Assembly: GCA_001275005.1 (NCBI GenBank)
Contig: JWZX01002530.1
Coordinates: 1-33,221, forward strand
Direction of reading: 5' to 3'
DNA from: Chrysochromulina tobinii
Taxonomy: Eukaryota
DNA: 33,221 nt
Shown here: in pieces, positions 29,183 to 33,221 of the stretch
How the letters are laid out: each line of letters starts with the position of its first letter
Position numbering within the stretch: position 1 is the first letter of the stretch
Made by a program: the position numbers and the translations under genes
Notes under the pieces: model-generated
Database searches by the model: none
The model's input: the letters and a program-made list of their open reading frames with translations, nothing else
What the model was told of the DNA's origin: nothing

Positions 29183-29695
29183 TCAATCGCCACCAAGGCT
29201 AGCACCTTCTTGGGCGCGCCGTGACCAATCGTTCCGCGTCATCACCACGACTCCAGTTTGTGGTGCTCTGGGTGGGATGGTGTTATGGGCGAGAGAGACC
29301 GCTACGCCCTTCGGTGTGCTGGGTGGTGCCGCAGATGCCCGTGCGACTGTGAAGGCAGCCGCCACTGGACCGGCCTCGGCAATACGGCCTCTGCCGAAAC
29401 GACCGTTGAACTGCGCGCCATATGACCACGCAGCGCGCTCAGACAGCCGAGTCTCAACCTCAGCACGCCGGTCCTCACGTGCAAGTGCAGCCGCATTTAT
29501 GACCCCAATCAGAGAGTCCGGTAGTGTGACGACGGGCTCATCGTTGCCCATTCGCACGCCGCTATCGTACCAGCTGGACACCATACGCACGCGGCTGGTA
29601 CGGGCAGCTGAGGATAATTGCAAGTCGCGGATGATCGCAGACGAAGTCGATGCCACTCCCGGCCATGCAAAGAGGGCGACGAGGTTCATGGCCAT
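29183..29695 (-). CDS. Small hypothetical protein with signal/transit-like N-terminus and VSSWYDSGVRM motif
   Basis: From ATG 29695: MAMNLVALFAWPGVA (hydrophobic), a Ser/Arg-rich stretch ending RVRM, then VSSWYDSGVRM. Divergent from PNPase with about 250 bp between start codons. Confidence 0.55.
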   Translation of the reverse strand: MAMNLVALFAWPGVASTSSAIIRDLQLSSAARTSRVRMVSSWYDSGVRMGNDEPVVTLPDSLIGVINAAALAREDRRAEVETRLSERAAWSYGAQFNGRFGRGRIAEAGPVAAAFTVARASAAPPSTPKGVAVSLAHNTIPPRAPQTGVVVMTRNDWSRRAQEGASLGGD

Positions 29696-29944
29696 GGCGG
29701 AAGAAGACGGATGCGCGAGCGACGGCCGTGTGTTGCGCGAAAACATTCTTGAGAATTCCATTTTGGGACGTTTCTTCGTCAAATGCTTTTGGGTGATGCC
29801 CTTTCGTATGATGTCTCAGAGTTTCTGGAATTTCATCGCGTTCACGACGCGCCGCTTCCGGCGCCCTTGCCTTGACATGTCTCGGCGCGAGAACTCCGGA
29901 GGTCGACATCAGTCTCTTCGGCATCGATCCGCTGTCGGCGAACG

Positions 29945-32900
29945 ATGCTGCTGCTCTTGCCCTCTTTGGCGAGTATTACGTTCAACATCGGTGCCACGCA
30001 TCGACCATCGGCGTTGCCGCGTGTGGGTCCGCCTGTGCGACTCAGCGTCACGGCCGCGACACCGCTCGGTGAGGGCGAATGGGAGGTCATCAAGGAGGGT
30101 GGAGCTTTCTATGGCCGCGCGTCGCAGTCAAAGCTGCGTGTCAACGTGGCTGGCAAGGAGATGACATTCGGCACAGGCTTGATCGCACGCCAGGCCAATG
30201 CAGCCGTCACCGTCGAGCAGGGCCAAACGCACGTCTTCTCGGCCGCGTGCTTCGAGCGCAAGACGGACTTTGAGGCGATCGACTTCACGCCGCTCAAGGT
30301 GGACTACTTTGAGCGGCAGTCTGCGGCGGGACGGACGCTCGGTGGGTATATCAAGCGTGATGGCAAGCCGTCCAACCACGAGACGCTCACTTCACGCCTG
30401 ATCGACCGACCAATCCGTCCGCTCATCGCCAAGGGCTGGTCGCTCGAGACGCAGCTGACAGCGTACGTCCTCGCGTATGATGGCACGCACATGCCCGACG
30501 TGCTCGCGATCCTGGCGTCCTCGGCGGCGCTCGCTCTCTCCGAAGTCCCCTTCCCCAAACCAGTCGCTGCCGTACGCGTCGGCCTCATCGAAGAGCGCCG
30601 TCCTGAGCGCCCGGCCCCAGCGGCGGCGACGGACGACGCGGTGAGCGACGGCGCGGCGAGCGACGACGCCGGCGCCGGCGTCGTCGCCGGTGCCGCCGAG
30701 GAGGATGACTTTCTGGACGAGCTGATCCTCGACGAGCAGGTGACCGAGATCTCCGAGATCTCCGAGATCTCCGTCATCAGCTCTGATTGCCTCCCTCATC
30801 AGCTCTGATTGCCTCCCTCATCAGCTCTGATTGCCTCCCTCATCAACGCAGGTGACCTCCGAGACCTTCGAGGAGGCGACCGACGACAGCAGCGGCGGGG
30901 GCGGCAGCAGCAGCGCTCAAGACGGCGCCCAAGCGTCGTACCGGTTGGTAATCAACCCGACGCGCGAGGAGATGGCGATCTCGAAGCTCAATCTCGTGAT
31001 CGCGGGCACCTCCGACGCGGTGCTGATGGTCGAGGGCTTCTGCGACTTTTTGCCCGAGGAGACGGTCCTCGAGGCGATGGAGCTTGGCCTCAAAAGCGTA
31101 CGCACCCTCGCGCCCTGCCCAGCCGCGCGTCGCATGCAAGTGCTCACTACGGCGCCACGTCTCTTCCCCACAGGTACGCACTCTCGCATTGGCCATCGGC
31201 GAGTGGGCGGCCGCGTGCGGCTCGCCCAAGTTCGAAGCCGGCGTGCGCGCCGAGCCAGAGGGGCTCGATGCCATGGTAGAGGCGATCATCGGCGACGAGA
31301 TCGAGGGCACGCTATGCGGCCCTACCAAGGTACGTTGATGGCCACTGATGACCTGGGTTGCATGCAAGCGCTCACCACAGCGCGCTCTGCGCCCCTAATT
31401 AGGACGACCGCGAGAATTGGGAAGGGCTCTGTAATCGGGCGGTCGAGGCTCTGTGCTCCGATGCGGCGGTGGCGTCGCGCGGCGGCCTCGTCTTCGAGAA
31501 GATCGATGTCAAGTCGTCGTTCAAGCGGCTCGCGTACGCGAGGCGCCCGGGATGACGAATGATTGCGAGTGATTGCGAATGATTGCGAATAATTGCGACT
31601 GATTGCGTACGCGAGGCGCCCGGATAACGACTGATTGCGAATGATGGCCTCGGATTGCCGCTGATGATGGCCTCGGATTGCCGCTGATGATGGCCTCGGA
31701 TTGCGGCTGATGATGGCCTCGGATTGCGGCTGATGATGGCATCGGATGGGCTTCCTCTTCAGGTGTGCTGGCATCTGATGACCTTTGGATGACCTTTGAT
31801 GAGCTCTGATTGCCTCCCTCATCAGGTGTGAGACGCTACGTCGCATGGGCGTGCGCGGCGTGCGCCAGGACGGACGACGGACGACCGAGGTGCGACCACT
31901 GATGACGACCACTGATTACCACTGATTACCTCTGATTACCACTGATTGCTACGACCGAGGTCGATCGAGGTACGACCGAGATCGACGTCCGAGATCGACG
32001 TCCAGAGCGCGCAGCATGCAAGTGCTCACCACGGCGCCGGTCCTTTCCACAGGTACGCCCGATCGACATTCGGCTGGCGCCGCTGCCGCCACAAGTTCAT
32101 GGCTCCGTCCTGTTCACACGTGGCGAGACGCAGTCGCTCGCAACGACGGTCCTCGGCGATGACTCGATGGTGTCGCGGTACGCTGATTGCCACTGATTAG
32201 CTACTGATGGCGTCTGATGACCTATGATGGCCTCTGACGACGCCCGATGACGCCCGATGACGCCCAATGACCTTCCTCATCAGGTACGAGAACCTCGATG
32301 GCGAGCAGGGGAAGCGCTTCTACCTGCAGTACATCTTCCCGCCCTTTTCGGTGGGCGAGGTGGGGCGCAACGGCGCGCCGGGACGACGCGAGGTCGGCCA
32401 CGGCAACCTTGCCGAGCAGGCGAGCTGATGACCTCTGATTGGCCATGATGACCACTGATTGCCTATGAGTGGCCCTGATGGGAAGTTATGGCGAGCTAAC
32501 GCGTCGTCGTGGGCATGCTACCTTTTCCGAGCAGGCCCTCGCGCCCGCGATGACCAATGATGACCCCTGATGAGCACTGATTGCCCCCCTCATCAGGCCC
32601 TCGCGCCCGCGATGCCAACCTCGAGTGAGTTCCCTGATGACCTCTGATGAGCACTGATTGCCCCCCTCATCAGGCCCTCGCGCCCGCGATGCCAACCTCG
32701 AGTGAGTTCCCGTACGTGGTGCGCGTCGAGAGCCTGATCACCGAGTCGTGTGGCTCGTCCTCCATGGCGTCCGTCTGTGGCGGCGCGCTCTCCATGATGG
32801 CGGCAGGCGTCCCGCTCAAGCGCGTCGTCGCCGGAGTTGCGATGGGGCTGCTCCTCGACGAGAGTGGGGGCGGGGGAGAGCCGATCATCCTCACAGGCGA

Positions 32901-33221
32901 GCTGATGACCTCTGATTGCCCATGATGACCACTGATTGCACCCCGATGGGCGCCAAGGGAGAGCCGATCATCCTCACAGGTTCGTTGATTGCCACTGATG
33001 ACCTGCCTTGCATGCAAGCGCTCACCACAGCGCTATCGGCTCGACCGACCCGATCATCCCCACAGATATCCTCGGCTCTGAAGATGCACTGGGCACGATG
33101 GATTTCAAGGTGCGCTGCCGACGCCTCACCACACCCCCACTCCCCCCGACGCGTCACCACACCCCACTCCCCCCGACGCGTCACCCGTAGTCGTCACCCG
33201 TAGTCTTCACCCGTAGTCTTC
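29945..33221 (+). CDS. pnp: Polyribonucleotide nucleotidyltransferase (PNPase), probably plastid; partial. Exons 29945-30739, 30852-31097, 31174-31329, 31403-31533, 31826-31889, 32053-32177, 32284-32419, 32674-32896, 33066-33109
   Basis: The spliced frame gives [55 protein letters not shown]...[27 protein letters not shown]...[24 protein letters not shown] and [17 protein letters not shown]. All intron phases are consistent. Confidence 0.95.
30740..33221 (+). other. Set of repeat-rich spliceosomal introns in PNPase: 30740-30851, 31098-31173, 31330-31402, 31534-31825, 31890-32052, 32178-32283, 32420-32673 (GC-AG), 32897-33065 (GC-AG), and one starting at 33110
   Basis: Boundaries inferred from continuity of conserved PNPase sequence. 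Shared modules CTGATTGCC(T/C)CCCTCATCAG, CTGATGACC and GCATGCAAG(T/C)GCTCAC recur between introns. Confidence 0.85.
31641..31750 (+). repeat. 23-bp intronic minisatellite (TGATGATGGCCTCGGATTGC(C/G)GC)n
   Basis: About 4-5 tandem units in PNPase intron 4, preceded by 10-bp TGATTGCGA(A/G/C) repeats at about 31560-31606. Confidence 0.9.

Noticed and set aside
29148..30164. 338-aa plus-strand ORF
   Set aside because: Overlaps PNPase exon 1 out of frame and is antisense to the SWYDSG ORF; no protein-like features.

Overview
GC-rich, gene-dense eukaryotic nuclear DNA with GT-AG and GC-AG spliceosomal introns. It is most likely a haptophyte alga; a Chrysochromulina-like source is inferred from intron motifs and gene content and is not verified. 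Left to right: the 3' end of a PBZ zinc-finger gene; a possible pseudogene; a ~1620-aa ANTH-PDZ-MUN(DUF810/PATROL1-like) fusion; a CREST-like membrane protein; a divergent glutathione-synthetase-like ATP-grasp protein; a nitrile-specifier-like kelch protein; a TTLL11-like tubulin glutamylase; a SEL1-repeat/U-box protein head-to-head with an LRR/glycosyltransferase-like fusion; a TBC Rab-GAP; and a TPR/EF-hand protein. From about 20.5 kb onward nearly all genes look plastid-targeted. Two near-identical inverted copies of an uncharacterised 279-aa protein enclose a gene for a disordered protein with 13 AKAAWLAKLDxPxWG motifs, my best candidate for a new system (a possible haptophyte pyrenoid/Rubisco linker). 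These are followed by a (KAAAAP)n membrane-tethered protein, a small SWYDSG-motif protein and a plastid PNPase. The PNPase has at least 9 introns built from shared repeated modules, several containing copies of their own flanking exon junctions (introner-like). All family assignments come from motif recognition by eye; no searches were run.
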